Position numbers and translations under genes: made by a program
Shown here: positions 1-13,938 of the stretch, one piece after another
Layout of the letters: every line of letters starts with the position of its first letter
Numbering within the stretch: the stretch's first letter is position 1
The notes under the pieces: model-generated
Databases searched by the model: none
What the model saw: only the letters and a program-made list of their open reading frames with translations
Told to the model about the DNA's origin: nothing
Assembly (NCBI GenBank): GCA_965112155.1
Contig: OZ218105.1
Source: Podarcis liolepis
Taxonomy: Eukaryota
DNA: 64,000 bases
Direction: 5' to 3' (one strand)

Positions 1-607
1 TTGTAGACAAACTATTCTCCCCTTCCTTGTCATGTCATGGCTCAAGTTGGCATATGTTCAGGGAGAATTTTCCATTCCTTGGGATGCTAGTCCATATATT
101 GTATCGTTCTAAAGTATGCTCCTGGTTAACAAATTTATCCCTGTCAGTGTACTTTGCTAGTTTGTCTAAAGCAGAATGGGCTGGAATGCTTTGTAATAAT
201 TATCTGGAGACATGTCAGGAAGCTAGCTGCGACTAGCTTTGTCCCTGGCAAGTTAATTTCAGTTGTGAGTCACTGTCTCCTCTGGTTGGAACAGGTGGAA
301 ATCATTCTTATTTTAGATTATTCTCCATGAAGAGAAAATTCGCAGGTAAGTGCACTGTTTTTGCAATGCTGGCACCGTCTCTAACTCACTCTTTCGGTTA
401 ATACTTTACTGCAGTTGCACTTTGGTCTTAATCTGCAAAACATTAGCTTTTCCTTTAACACAGCCTTGCTGATTTTGCAAAAGAAAATGCAGATTTTTTT
501 CCCTAGCTTTCTAAAGAAGGCAATGAAAACAGAGTCCACATTTTCATGTGGATTATCCTGCAGCCTGGATTTCTTACTACTTTTTTCTTGTTTCTCCTTG
601 TTTACAG

Positions 608-755
608 TGCTGAGGCAGGGACTAGCTTTCAGTCCTGTTTATCGATTTTCCTTGTCTGACGGCAACATAGTTGCTGCCCAAACGAAGAGCAAGCTCATCC
701 GTTCTCAGACTACTGGTGAACCTCAGCTTGTAATATCCTTGCATATGCTTCACAG
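608..755 (+). CDS. NCOA2: NCOA2 exon (~human exon 10), end of PAS-B; gene continues upstream of the window
   Basis: Flanks tttacag| and CAG|gtaat; encodes [50 protein letters not shown], matching NCOA2. Confidence 0.95.
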
Positions 756-3700
756 GTAATTTATACAATTTTTGCTGCCTTGAAAAATCTTCAACCTCAC
801 TTCCTAAGAACAGCTGCAACTAGACTACATAATTTATCATGCATTGTTGCAGTAGCCCCCTTTAGCTATATTGGGTGTAGCATGACAGTAAAATAAAGTA
901 TAGTTTTGATTGTAATGGTATCTGTTTTGTAAAGAAAACATCCTAGTCCACTTGTTTGTAAGTAAATACCAATTATTTAAATAGTGCTTCCAACCAACCA
1001 CATGAATTTGGGACTTCAGTTGAAGATACAGATTGGTGTTTAAAAGCTGTTTTATCACTTTGAGATCCACATCTACTTTGACCACACTTAATTTTAACGT
1101 TCCACATAAGATAAAATCTTAATACTTCATGTAGTACATTTGGTATGTTGAGCCCCTCACTTTGTGTACAGGCATGGAAATCCTTGCAGGACCGGTTGCA
1201 TTCTCAACTCAGGCTCATTCTGGGGTTTGAAGGGTTTCGCTATTGGGAAAATTGAACAGTTTTCTTGTATGCACTAATGATATTGTTTTGTAAGAAACTT
1301 TATAAGCACTTAAGAGAACTGTTTGGACAACACATCCTTGCATGTAAATATTCACCATTGTTCCAGTTCAACATCTCCTTCACTCTTCCAAGAGAGATCA
1401 TTATGGGACAAAAAAAATGAAGAATGTAGACAAAGGGAAATGACAGTTTTTTCTCCAGAATCTGCAGTTCCTATGCATTAAATATGAAAAGTTCAGTGCT
1501 TGGTTATGAGAAGCAATTGCATATTTGTGTCAGACTCAATTATGAACTATGCATAAGTTTTAATAAAAATTATCTTTCGTTGTTGTTTATCTGTTAGCTG
1601 CTGAACATTGTACAAAAAAAAAGACTTTACTGACTTTGACTATACCCTCTGAACATTGCTGTTTAAACAATTCAGAACTTTTTGTTGGAATTAAGGGGAC
1701 CTTTTTATATTTTGAAGGTGGCTGATGAGGCAGCAAGCTAAATAAAAACTGCTAGGCTACAGGGCACATACTTACAAGAAAGTTAAGTTTTTCTAGCTTA
1801 TAATGCAATCTGAGAAACAGTAAATTAACATGAACCTTTGGGAGTTTTGTGCATTTTTAAACAAAGTTTCCCCTTTCATTTTAGTCATCTCATGCTAACA
1901 AGAATTGACTGGACAGTTTCTCTTCCTCCTCAGCTTTTCTTTCTAGTTCTCATGCCACTAGCAGGGCAAAGTTTAAATGTTTCAGCTGTAGAACTTTCAG
2001 TGCAAACCCTGCAAAGGAATGTTTAAACCAGTGCCAAAACTCTATTAAATATAGTTAGTTCATAAAGCACTTTTCCTTCAATGTTCTTTCAGTAATTTAG
2101 CAAACTTGTAATTTTTAAGAAACTTTTTTTGGGGGGGGGACATTGATAGCTCCCATTTTTAAGTCTGAAGAGAGGAACTGACTACAGATGTTATTCAGTG
2201 TAAATTTATAACAGAACAAAAACCTTATGTGCAAAAGAAAATCTGCAAAAATAACTAAACTTGGATAGTCTTCAAAGAGATTTCATGCACATATCTTCTC
2301 TCAAGAAATGTATTTTCAAACAGCAATATCTTGTTCCTGAAAAATGTGATTCTTCCCTAGATAGTGCTACTGTGTAGAATGTGATTCACCTGTATGCTGT
2401 TGCTCTCAGCATGGGGAAGTGATGAGAGAAGCAGTGAAAGGAAGCTATTTTGCTTCCTTAGATGCTCATGTAGGGAATTCAATCCAGGAAAGAGTGGGAA
2501 GAAAACTTACCCTGAGATTTTAAGCAGTGGATCTCAAGGCAAATCTTCTTTCTCCAGGTTCCTATGGTAGACTCCCCTGCATGAGATTTAAGGCATCCCC
2601 AAATAGCACTTACTCAGTTTCTTATACCTGCATGCACTGAAAAGCCCAAATGGTAGAAGATATGGGGACATGTCTCTCTGTTTTTTATAAACTGTTTAGA
2701 GATATGCTGCTGCACAGAGGAGATTTAATCTGCAGTCTCCACACAGCCGCCATCACTGCTTGTCCAGTGGTTTCCTAAAGTAGTGGGTGGAGATCTTTCC
2801 CCAAAGCTTCCCTGCTAATTGCCTTATATCTCTCTTCTCCACTGCCGGCAGCCACTAGAATAGTCCGAGTTCCCTACTTCACAGAATATTTGGATTGGAA
2901 GATTTGTGCTACCAATGTTCATGCTGCAGTGTACATTTAGCATCCTTTTGTTTTTAAACAAATAGTTTTGGGCTGGTAATACAGTTTTCTCCCCCTCTTC
3001 TCACTCCAAGTCATTTATTGCATACAAATGGAATAACATGCTGTTTACCTGTGGGATTATTCTACAAGGGATAATATTTGGTTGGAGCACACGTTAGTCA
3101 TCTGGAAAAACCTCCTCCTCTTCCCCCCATCTCTGTCCTTCATGCACATTCTTTAGCTTGCATGTACCCACAAAATCTTTCTCTAACTATGCTGATCTCA
3201 TTCTGAACTTGTTTGCTGTACTGTAGTTTTTTTGGCTTCCATACTTAAAGCAGTGTTGTAATTTTTTTTGGCTGTACTTTGAAATGACTTTTAAAACTTG
3301 CTTTTTACTGTAATTTTTGTTGGCAAATGAGGCAGCAGTTTCAAGGCTGTAAAAGGCCTGTTCGTTTACTTTCAGATTGTCAACAAATGCCTATCCTCTT
3401 TCTGCTTTCTTTTTTCAGAAGTGGATTTGTCTGATTCTCTCTTATATAATCAAAATAGTGAAAACTTTATTTGCTATCAGAGAAACTTGTAGATATCTAA
3501 TTGGAGCTTTCTCTCTCATGTGATATTAAGATATCTGTTAAGACAGAAATGAACCCAAGAGCCATGGGATCCATTTCCAGCTGTTAACTCATTTGGGTTC
3601 CGTGCCAAAATAAATATATTTCCACAGTCAGTGGTGACTTTGAGATGATGGTTCTGTTGTTAGGTGAAGCAAGGGTTGCCTGGATAGCTCTGTGCAGTGC

Positions 3701-4493
3701 TTAGCCTCAACATTTCATGAGAGCAGAGCTCAGATGTTGCTTCAGCAGCAGGGCTCTTCAGATTGAGCCTTAAATAGGAGCTGCAGCTATTTCTCTGTTG
3801 CTGAGAAGAAACTTCATTTAAAGGGGCCCAGGCTGCTTTAGCAGTTGATTTCTCTGAAGAGCAGAGAAGGCTTTGGTTGCTGTAGGAGTTTTGAGGTGGA
3901 GTTCTCAAGGGACATGATGTCCTTGACCAGAGGGATGCTGGCACCAAGGATTCTTCCTGCAGAAGCACTTCCAGTTGGTTAGGTCCTCTGAAAAAGGCTC
4001 AGGTCATGACAGTTACCACTATCTCCTGTTGAGTGTTGTTGCATGGAGGAGGGGACCAGCATTCTTAACTGGAGGGGCTTATAACTCAGTCCTGTGCAGG
4101 TGTGTGGCTGCTGAGTGTCTAGCTGCATCCACTATAGGTCTCCACATTACCTCAGGGCCTTAGGGTCTGGCTCCCTCATGCAGTGGATCTCAGCAATGGA
4201 TACCAGCAACCTCCAGCAAATTGTCTTTGTTCATCTGTAAAATAGAAAAAGCAATGATCTTTGTCAAAAAGGTAATTGCTTCTGTTTGTTTCTTTTCTCT
4301 TTCTTTCATTATGAACAAGATAAAGAAATGTTAGTAGAGGCCCCAGGCTTAGGAATACATCAAGATAAAACAAATGCTATGTCCATCTTTGCGTTTGGGA
4401 TTGTCAAATCTTTATTTTATCAGTTTTGTCTTTTATGAATCATATTTAAAATGTAAATTTTAATAATGTTTTTGTTCTTTTTTACTGTTTCAG

Positions 4494-5757
4494 GGAACAG
4501 AATGTTTGTGGAATGAACCAGGATTTAACTGGACAAGCAATGGGAAAGCCATTGAACCCAATTAGCTCCAGCAGTCCTGCCCATCAGGCCATGTGCAGTG
4601 GGAATCCAGGTCAGGATATGACCATCAGTAGCAATATGAATTTTGCCATAAATGGCCCGAAGGAACAAATGGGCATGCCAGCAAGCAGGTTTGGTGGTTC
4701 AGGCGGGATGAACCATGTGTCAAGTATACAAGCATCCACTCCTCAGGGTAGTAACTATGCACTAAAAATGAATAGTCCCTCTCAAAACAGCCCTGGCATG
4801 ACACCAGGTCAGCCAAACTCTATGCTATCCCCACGGCACCGTATGAGTCCGGGAGTGGCAGGCAGTCCTCGGATCCCACCCAGTCAGTTTTCCCCTGCAG
4901 GAAGCTTGCATTCACCTGTTGGGGTTTGCAGCAGCACAGGAAATAGCCATAGTTATACCAACAGTTCCCTCAATGCACTTCAGGCTCTCAGCGAGGGGCA
5001 TGGAGTCTCTCTGGGGTCATCCTTGGCTTCACCTGACGTAAAAATGGGTAATTTGCAAAATTCCCCTGTAAGTATGAATCCTCCTCAGCTAAGCAAAATG
5101 GGAAGCCTGGACTCTAAAGATGGCTTTGGACTTCATGGGGAGCAATCGGAAGGTACAGCTGGACAAGCCGAGAGTGTCTGCCATTCAGGAGAACTGAAAG
5201 AAAGTAATGATGGCATGCCCCAGGTTGTTGGTGAGAGGCCTGATGGACAGAACAGACTTCATGATGGCAAAAGCCAGACAAAGCTCTTACAGCTGCTGAC
5301 CACCAAATCTGATCAGATGGAGCCTTCACCTTTGTCTAACGCTATGGGAGATGCTAACAAGGACTCCGCGGGAGGTTTATCTGGTTCTGGTTCAACGCAT
5401 GGAACCTCGCTCAAGGAGAAGCATAAAATTTTGCACAGGCTCTTGCAGGACAGTAGTTCTCCTGTAGACTTAGCCAAGCTCACAGCAGAGGCCACAGGGA
5501 AAGAACCGAGCCAGGAGACCAGTAGCACAGCTCCTGGTTCAGAGGTGACTACAAAACAGGAACCGGTGAGTCCCAAGAAGAAAGAAAATGCACTACTTCG
5601 CTACTTGCTAGATAAAGATGATACTAAAGATATTGGTTTACCGGACATTACCCCCAAGCTGGAACGGTCGGACAGTAAGACAGACCCTTCCAGTAGCACA
5701 AAGCCAGTAACTATAAAGACAGAAAAAGAAGAGATGCGCTTTGAGCCGAATGAACAG
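4494..5757 (+). CDS. NCOA2: NCOA2 large exon (~exon 11), nuclear-receptor interaction domain with three LxxLL boxes
   Basis: Flanks tttcag| and CAG|gtaaga; KLLQLL (~5284), ILHRLL (~5431), LLRYLL (~5596); phase joins the previous exon (AG|G). Confidence 0.97.
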
Positions 5758-8700
5758 GTAAGAGACTCCTTTTTTTTGTTGTTCATTCAGGAAATTTGTC
5801 GTGGAAATGATCCTTACTCATTTGCTTCATTCCCTTTATACAGGGTTGTTTTTTGTTTTGTTTTGGCTAGGGTGGTTGATTATGTTTGTGATTGGAGGCA
5901 GTTGCCTTGCTTGTATTGCCAAGACCTGGCTGGCTGAAAGGTCCAGTCTAGACCTTGCCAGTTAGTAGCAGTGTGGTTCTTGGTAGAACATCAACTGGGT
6001 GTTGGGGAGGAAATGTAGGCGTGAAGAAGCAACAATTTTTAGAGAAAGCCTGCGACATTCAGTGCCTGACATCGGCTTTCTGTGAGGAGGGTGCCAAAAG
6101 GGAACTTCAGAGGTAGTGAGATGCAAAGCTAGTACACTGAGCTGTTTGAAAAAAGCATTTCACAGAGGAAGGACGAAATGGTTCGTTGTGCAAACTGCAC
6201 AAAAGTGTCCTAAAATGACATAGATACTTCTGTGCCCCAAAAAAAGAAAAGGAAAAAAAAAGCACACAGCAAAAACTCACTCTAGAGTGAGAAAGTGAAA
6301 GAATCATAGCTGGGGCAGGATAAACTTACAGGAAGTATAATCTAAATATAGATCAAAGCTTAACCCATTTGTTGTAATGAAAGAACAGAGAATATTATAA
6401 ATTGTTCCGCTGTCCTCTTGAGTCTTCTTCTCATCCTTTTCTCCTTTCTAGAACAAAAGTGGTAATGTTTTTGCAATACCTACTGGATAGAATTGTTTAT
6501 GTTTTATTTTTGAAGTGATATCTGTTTAAAATAATGGCTAATTTGTATGTATGGTTTTTATTGTAAATATGGCATGGTCATAGTAGAGTAAATATTTTAT
6601 GAGGAGGAATTTGATGGAAAAAAGAATAACATTTTCCTTCCTAGTGTAACTTTTTCTGAACAGGATATACTTTGAAGCATGTTATAACACCAAAAATAGC
6701 ATTATTCCAGGTAGCTTATTTAAATAGTCATCTTCCCAGCATACAGATTTGAGTATTTCAGAATTTTTTTCAATCAAACTCATTTCTAAACAACTCCATC
6801 CCTTTTTATGTTTCTGAGTTTTATTATAGCTAGCTACTAGATTTTGGTCAAACATACATTCTAAAAGTACTTGTTTATTATATGTACACCACCAGTTTTT
6901 ATATAGGAGGTAATAATGGTCATGTTATCTAAGCATTTCTGGCCCCTGTAGCTCAGACCTGTTCTGGTGTCAAATTATAAATTTGTGTCGTGTTTACACA
7001 GCAGTCCTCTAACTTTGGTAAAAATTACTGTCCCCCAACTTTGTCAATATGTTTCCCTTTTCTTCCAAAGTTATTAGCAGAGACTGTAGTAGATTTTCAT
7101 GCTTAAATATCTTCTAAAAATAACAAAGCTTTAAATACAAATGATAGTTCCAAAGAAATCATGAGAAAAACTTTTGGATAAACATGACTCTATAAATCGA
7201 GCTTTTTCCTCCTTCCCTCACCCAAGCTATGGAAGGACAAAAGGCAGGTGGCAAGGATATTAGTTGGGGAATTCAATTTATGCTGCACAGAATAGGCAAA
7301 AGCAGCTGGAAGGAGCAGAAGGGTATACCCAGTTTACTGGTGCTGATGTCATTTCCCCCCTCAGTTTAAATATGGACGTTGAACCCTAACTCACATTCAC
7401 CCTTGAAAAGCACAGAACACATGAAGTCCCTGCCAAATTTGAACCACACATTCAACTATGTATAGGAATGGTCTTATATTGAAATGGTGGCTTTGGAAGC
7501 ATTCACATTTTAGTTTGCTAGATGGAAAGCTGCAGAGAAGCAGCTAGAGTGCTGGGGCAAATTAAGTGTTGAATGCTTCTGGCATGTTTTATAGTTTAAA
7601 TTTTTTTTTTTTATTAAATATGTCCCCCTACCTACAAGTCCTGCGCCAGCAGATGTCTCTTAGAATGGTGACCACTGTGCTGTCCCCCTAAATACAATTA
7701 CAGAATAAGGAGATGGAGGTGGTAGTCTAGATGGTTTGTACTCACTGAAAGATCAGGCAGCTTCTCATTTATACAGGACAGTTTTAGCCCAGGGTTCAGC
7801 TCTAAATCCTACCTTGAATGTCCTGGAGCTGATGCTCAAATTATGGGAGGAAAGATTAGGGGCCTTAGTGAAATCTAATAGCCCCAGACCTTAAATTGCC
7901 TAATTTTAGCCAAATCATGCCTCCCTCAGCCTTCAGTAAAAAAGTAACTGGGGGAAGGGATCCCAAAGTAACGGGGCCTGAAAATGGCTGCCCTGGATCT
8001 AATCCTTCACATAACATTTAACCAGACTGTATGTAGCATGTGGTTAATTGCCTTTGTTCCCCATCATTATCTGCTACTTGGAGTGGTGGTGGTGAAATGC
8101 TGAGAAACACGAGTTTGCCCGTATACTGTAGAAGTGGTAGGGGACAACACAGGACTGCTGTATTTTGGTAGCACTTCCAGACAGAGTGTTTCATCTAGTA
8201 CTCCTCAATATTATTCAGGGTGGTAAAATCCCTAGCTGTCAGTGGGTTGTCTAGAATGAGCATGATTCATGTACCCAGTCCCATAAGGACAAGCCCTGCA
8301 CATTTGGGAGAGCCCCCCAGAACAGTGTGCGGGAGAAGAAAGGAAAGATTGTTCTGTCTGGCAAGCCACAATGCTTGCGCTGATGGGATGGATGTTCACT
8401 ATAGCATGATGTTGAATTTCACCCAGTCATTCCAGAGTCTGAGTCACTAGGGCAAAGAATGGTAGGTAGGATTCAGTGCCTGCAAGTGCAAAGTGATGCA
8501 CATTAGTTAAGAGAAATATGCATATATTTACAGATAGACAGATAGTTGTCCAAAATAGTTCAAGTTGCTTCTGTATATGCCTGTTGTATATTGAAATACT
8601 TATTTTCAAGTAAATACTTGCACAAACCTTTTAAAACATAGATACATGTTTTGTTAATTTTGTATACCGCCCTTCATCAGGGTCGTTCACAACATAAAAT

Positions 8701-10054
8701 ATACAAAATAAATGGTAAAATTACAAATGATAAGGAACTGAACAAGAAAAGTTCATATAAAATACATAGTACTATCAAACTGAGCACTCATTAAATATAA
8801 TTAATGATGTATTAAGTTCTGACCTCTGCAGTTATAAGTATCTTGATTGAAAAAAGGAAATTTTAGCAATCTTTAACACTTTGCATTTCTTTGTCAGTTA
8901 GCTTACAATTAATTCAACACTTGGGCTTTAACATTTTTTGTCTAACGTTCTATTATAGTAAATGAGTCTCAGTTACTAACAAAGTTAGGCGCGGCATTCA
9001 TTTTTGAATGTTGTGTGTGTGTTCCATAGTTGTCATGTTTCATAGAAAGATTTATCAGTGCTGCAAAGACTGAAATTGTATTTGTGGAGGGTGGGGATAC
9101 ACTCTTCATTTTGCAAGGCAGTGCTCCATGTACCATTTTAAGATAAATTCCCACAACTATCCAGACGCAGTATGGAAGATTATAGAATAAGCTGGAGTAG
9201 TTAACATGTTGCCAGTTTGTTGGATTGTTGCCTGTTCATTCTGTAGAGAGGATTTTATGGCTGTTCCATGTACAAAAATATTTGCATTCATTATAAGCTT
9301 TTTTAAGTTGTTTGTTCACCTGCTCAGCATTAATTTTTTAAAGAATTTTTGAGTCAATTAAACTTTCCTCACCCCATAAGATTTTTTGCATCCTGCGGCA
9401 TGTACGTTGGTAAATTTCCCTGATTCTCAAACCAGTAATTTCCTGTAAATTGGGAAATTTTACATTCCGTCAAACTAAGATTCCGGCTGTGTAGGCAATT
9501 TCTCACTACATGGAGATAACCTGTGTATGTTTTTAAACTATGCTGTACTTTTCTGCCACCAATGAAAAGCCTATGCAAGATGTAAAGCATTTTTAGCCAT
9601 GTGGAAGTAACTGTTCTATAGAACGGTTTTTAGCCCTGTCATAAACGAGCAGAATTACAATAGTGGCAGAATGCTGATTTTTGCTGAACAAAGATTCTTT
9701 GTTTCGTTCATGGAAAGCTACAGCCCTTGGAGATATCTCTTTGCCAATTCATGGTTGGGCTCTGGGGAAAGAATATTAGCAATTTGCTTTAAGGAGAGAA
9801 CTTTAATTGGTCTGCTTTGTGCTAACAGAAAGCACAGTGGTGGGGAAGCTTGAGGCCTTTGGGTGCAGACACACAGTCAGCCTTTTCTATATGTCAGACT
9901 AGACCACACTAGACTTTTCTTTGTAGGAGTAAATATCAGACAACCCAGTTGATAGAAGATACAAGCGCTCGTATTCTTATCTTGTACTTTGACTGCCAGA
10001 GAGCTTGTCCAAACTATGAAAAATGAATGTTTTCTTGTTTCTGTTTCATCAAAG

Positions 10055-10265
10055 CCTGCCAGCGAGCTAGATAATTTGGAGGAGATTCTAGATGATCTGC
10101 AGAATAGCCAGTTGTCGCAGCTTTTCCCAGATACCCGACCAGGTACTTCAGCAGGATCAGTTGACAAACAAGCCATCATCAATGACCTCATGCAGATCAC
10201 AGGTGAAAACAGCCCCGGCACACCTGTTGGAGCCCAGAAACCCCAAATGCGGATCTCTCAAAGCA
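10055..10265 (+). CDS. NCOA2: NCOA2 exon (~12)
   Basis: aag|[16 protein letters not shown]...RISQS|gtgagt. Confidence 0.93.
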
Positions 10266-10824
10266 GTGAGTCTGAGTTGTTGCTGGACTGAAATTGTTGT
10301 GATTAGAAAAATGTAGGCTTTGCAACAGTGCCTCTGGGTCTTTCAGATTGTCTGCGCCTTTAAAAAACCCCTGCAGTAATCAAACAGCACCACCTGCTGT
10401 TCTAATCCATAGGATCAACATTTTGAAATAGATGTAGCATCTCCTGAAACCATGATATTGCACTGCTTAGGAAGTCTAAGTCACTGTCGATTTAAAATAT
10501 GTACTTCTTGCTGAGAATTTTTTTACTTTATTTCTATCATTAATGCATGAATTGCCACACATTATTGACATGAAATATTACACCATGTAAAGGAGTTGAT
10601 GTTTTACAGTAAAATAGACATACTTCACAAAACCATGAGGTCACTAGGGAAGTGCATTCCTGTGATCATGGTTTTCACAGAGAGCACTTGATCGTGGAAC
10701 GTAAAAGCTTTTCAGAGTCCTTCCTATAAGCAAAGTATGATGGGATACGTATAGGAGATACTCCCCACCCCCAGACTTGAAATGAAGCCTCTCAAAATCT
10801 GTATGACTTATCACTTAAGTCACA

Positions 10825-10945
10825 TGTGGGGAACCACTGGTCCTCCAGATGTTGCTGAACTACAGCTCCCATCAGCCCTACATGCATGACCTATGGGCAG
10901 GGGTAATGGGAGCTGTAGTTCAGCAAGAACTAGAAGTCCAAAGGT
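10825..10945. mobile_element. Short hairpin MITE (hAT-like family with several copies in the window)
   Basis: Arms ttgctgaactacagctcccat / atgggagctgtagttcagcaa; diverged copies near 16022-16160, 41930-42030 and 62895-63030. Confidence 0.65.
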
Positions 10946-11912
10946 CTCCCAAACTGACTTAAATGAATGAAGAAGTCAGCACCAAACAGTTTGGGCTTCT
11001 TCTTGCTTCACTTAACAGGCAAGTGTTGCTGTGAGAACCTTTTCTCAGAAGTTTTTCATAATCTGAGCTATTAGGACTTTTAACTGCCCACCCAGCTTTC
11101 CAAATCACTGACAGTTCTCATGTTTCAACATAATGTGTGTGCGTTTTTCTGTTTCTGAACCACACAACCCCATCTGCATCTCCAGGTTTACTCACGGAGG
11201 ATTCCCCCCCCATACACCTGCTACAACAGATCTGTGCATAGAAACCTACATCTGCCTGTAAATCACTGTTCCTAGTTGAATCCAAGCAAGTGAATGTGCT
11301 TTCAGCTCTAGAAAATAGGGAATAGGAGGACATGTGCTTTAAATGAATTTAATTGAATTACTTTTTTTTTTTAAAGAAAGCATTAGTTTTAAATGAAGTG
11401 AGTAAATTACAAGGTTAATATCCTGTTAGGCAAAGTTTTGTGCGTGAAAACCAATTTCTAAAAATAAGCAGGTCCCAAAAAGTTGCAGGGAAATCTTTCT
11501 TAAAATACTTTGTTTAAATATTTACCTTTCAGCTAGCCACAGATGCTTCCAATATATAGGTGTTGATCTATTTCAGTAAAATAGTGTGTTGAGCGGAAGT
11601 ATTCTTCATTTATTTTTTAAATTGAATATTGCCCTGTGTAAATATCCACATATGCAAAAAGAGTAATATATTTTTTGAAAGTGTGTGTGGGGGGGGTGGA
11701 ATATATATTTCTAACCATGACATTCTTGTGTTAGTCTCTCAGAAATAAGACAAAATATTATGAGCCATTCATAAGCCATTCACTCTTCTACATTGGTGTG
11801 TGTTTCTGCAAGTTGCTTTTTGAAATATTGTATATACTGTTTCGAAACATCTCAATTTAAAAATAAATAAATAAAATAAATTACAACTCTCAACTATTTT
11901 TCATCTATTTAG

Positions 11913-12119
11913 CTTTTACCAATGCAAGGCAAGCTCAGCTGGGAAGGATGTTACCAAACCAGAATTTACAACTTGACATCGCATTGCAAAATCCACCAGG
12001 TGCTGGAGCTTTCCCACCCATAAGAAACAACAGTCCATATTCAGTCATACCTCAGCCCGGAATGATGGGCAGTCAAGGAATGATGGGAAATCAAGGAAAT
12101 CTTGGGAATAGTAGCCCAG
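11913..12119 (+). CDS. NCOA2: NCOA2 exon (~13), 207 nt, symmetric phase 1-1 (skippable in frame)
   Basis: tttag|..[20 protein letters not shown]|gtaact. Confidence 0.92.
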
Positions 12120-13182
12120 GTAACTTAAATACTCTCTTTTTGTGTGATGTTTCACATGGACTGGAATCTGCAGGAGTGACTAGTGGGGAGCGGCATCACT
12201 GGACTCCCAGCAATGGCATTCTTGTCACTTACCGGAGAGGGGAGGTTGGAGTTATGCGACTGCACCACAGCAGGAGCACTGGATTGTCACAGGACTCGCC
12301 TCCCCACCCCCTTTCCCTTCCTGTAAGCAGCAGTGATAATACTGCTGGGAGGCCAGAAGCTTGCCATGCCCCTTCTCACCAGTCCATCTTGAGAACTTTG
12401 TCATTGGCTTGATTAGAGCAAAAGGTTTCTACTTCTTGTGGGAAGCAAGATCATCCAAACGTATAAAATCATTCCTTGGATGGATAGAGCTCTACAGAAA
12501 AGAGCAGGAATAGTGATTGCACCTGGCTCTGATACCGCTCACCCCATCAGTAAATGAAATTTGGGACTGCTGCAGTCATTGAGAGTTGGGGATTGAGAAC
12601 CCAGTCCTGTGCATATTTGTTTGGAAGTAAGTCTTACTGAGTTCAGAAGGATTTGTTCCATGTAAATTGTACATAGGATTGCTTTCTTAAAATGCAATCC
12701 TGTTTACTTGGAAACAAGTTCCATTACCTTCTATGAGATTAGTCCAGTATTTTTCTCCATAAGATGTGAAAGTTCTTTATGTCTCATAGATTTATTTTTA
12801 TTATAGAGATCTCTGAAACATAATGTCTGCCATTAGATTTATGATTAAAGAACTATAGATTATTGGGAATAGTTTTTAAAGAGCATATTCTTTTGCCATC
12901 ATAAACGGTTCATGCAAATTACAGTTGTGTCAGTACAAGGATCTGTTACGTGGAATCAGATAATGGGTGTGTCTACTCTTATCAGACTTAGCTCAGGTCA
13001 AAAGTTTAACCTACAGAGTCTCCATAATCAAAAGACTGTGTTGGAGAGGAGGAGGTTTGGAGGAAGGCATTGCATTTGAAATGCTATCTGATTTAGTATG
13101 CTAATTTCTAAAATAGTTTCCAAAGAACAATCAAAACTTAGTACATCTCTCAATTTAACCTTTTCTGTGTTTATTTTAGTAG

Positions 13183-13398
13183 GGATGATGGGTAGTAATG
13201 CTCCTCGGCCTACCATGCCATCCGGAGATTGGGGAACCCAAGGTGCTGCTGTGAGGGTGACCTGTGCTCCAACAACGAGTGCCATGAACAGGCCAATCCA
13301 AGGAGGCATGATACGTAACCCAACATCCAGCCTACCTATGAGACCTAACAGTCAACCTGGTCCAAGGCAGATGCTTCAATCTCAAGTCATGAATATGG
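13183..13398 (+). CDS. NCOA2: NCOA2 exon (~14)
   Basis: tagtag|[21 protein letters not shown]|gtaagc. Confidence 0.92.
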
Positions 13399-13808
13399 GT
13401 AAGCTGGAGCATGGTCGTAGTCTGTTCTGCTTTTAATAGGTTTTGCACGATGACATCGTTAAGGACCACAGTAGCTAAGTGTAATTAGATGCCATTTAGG
13501 AATTGGGAACTTGAGAATACCTTGTGCTATGATTTTTTTAATACTTATGTAAACACAGTGGAACAGATTTATATTTCCTTTAGGAGTTGTAGAGTTGTTT
13601 GTTATCTGAACTGCAATGTTGGGCTCCATCAAGTCCTGCCACAAGCACAGTGTCCACAGGCAAAAAGAGATCCCTCAAGGGTATAAAGCATAAATAGTGT
13701 TGTAAGAAAAAGATGGTATGCGCAGCGAACTTTACAATGCTATTGTTCTTAAAAGAGTTATTACCAGTTCCATTGTGATGTGATAGATCATGGATTTCCT
13801 TTCTTCAG

Positions 13809-13938
13809 GGGCTTCTGAACTAGAGATGAATATGGGAGGACCCCAGTATACCCAGCAGCAGGCTCCTCCAAATCAGACTGCCCCATGGCCAGACAGCATC
13901 TTGCCCATAGATCAGACATCTTTTGGCAATCAGAACCG
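13809..13938 (+). CDS. NCOA2: NCOA2 exon (~15)
   Basis: ttcag|[32 protein letters not shown]|gtaagt; not present in the supplied ORF track. Confidence 0.92.

Noticed and set aside
10845-10930. Pre-miRNA-like hairpin
   Set aside because: Member of a multi-copy MITE family seen several times in this window
11170-11245. Acceptor-like ctccag in an NCOA2 intron
   Set aside because: Weak pyrimidine tract, no convincing donor, and an in-frame stop
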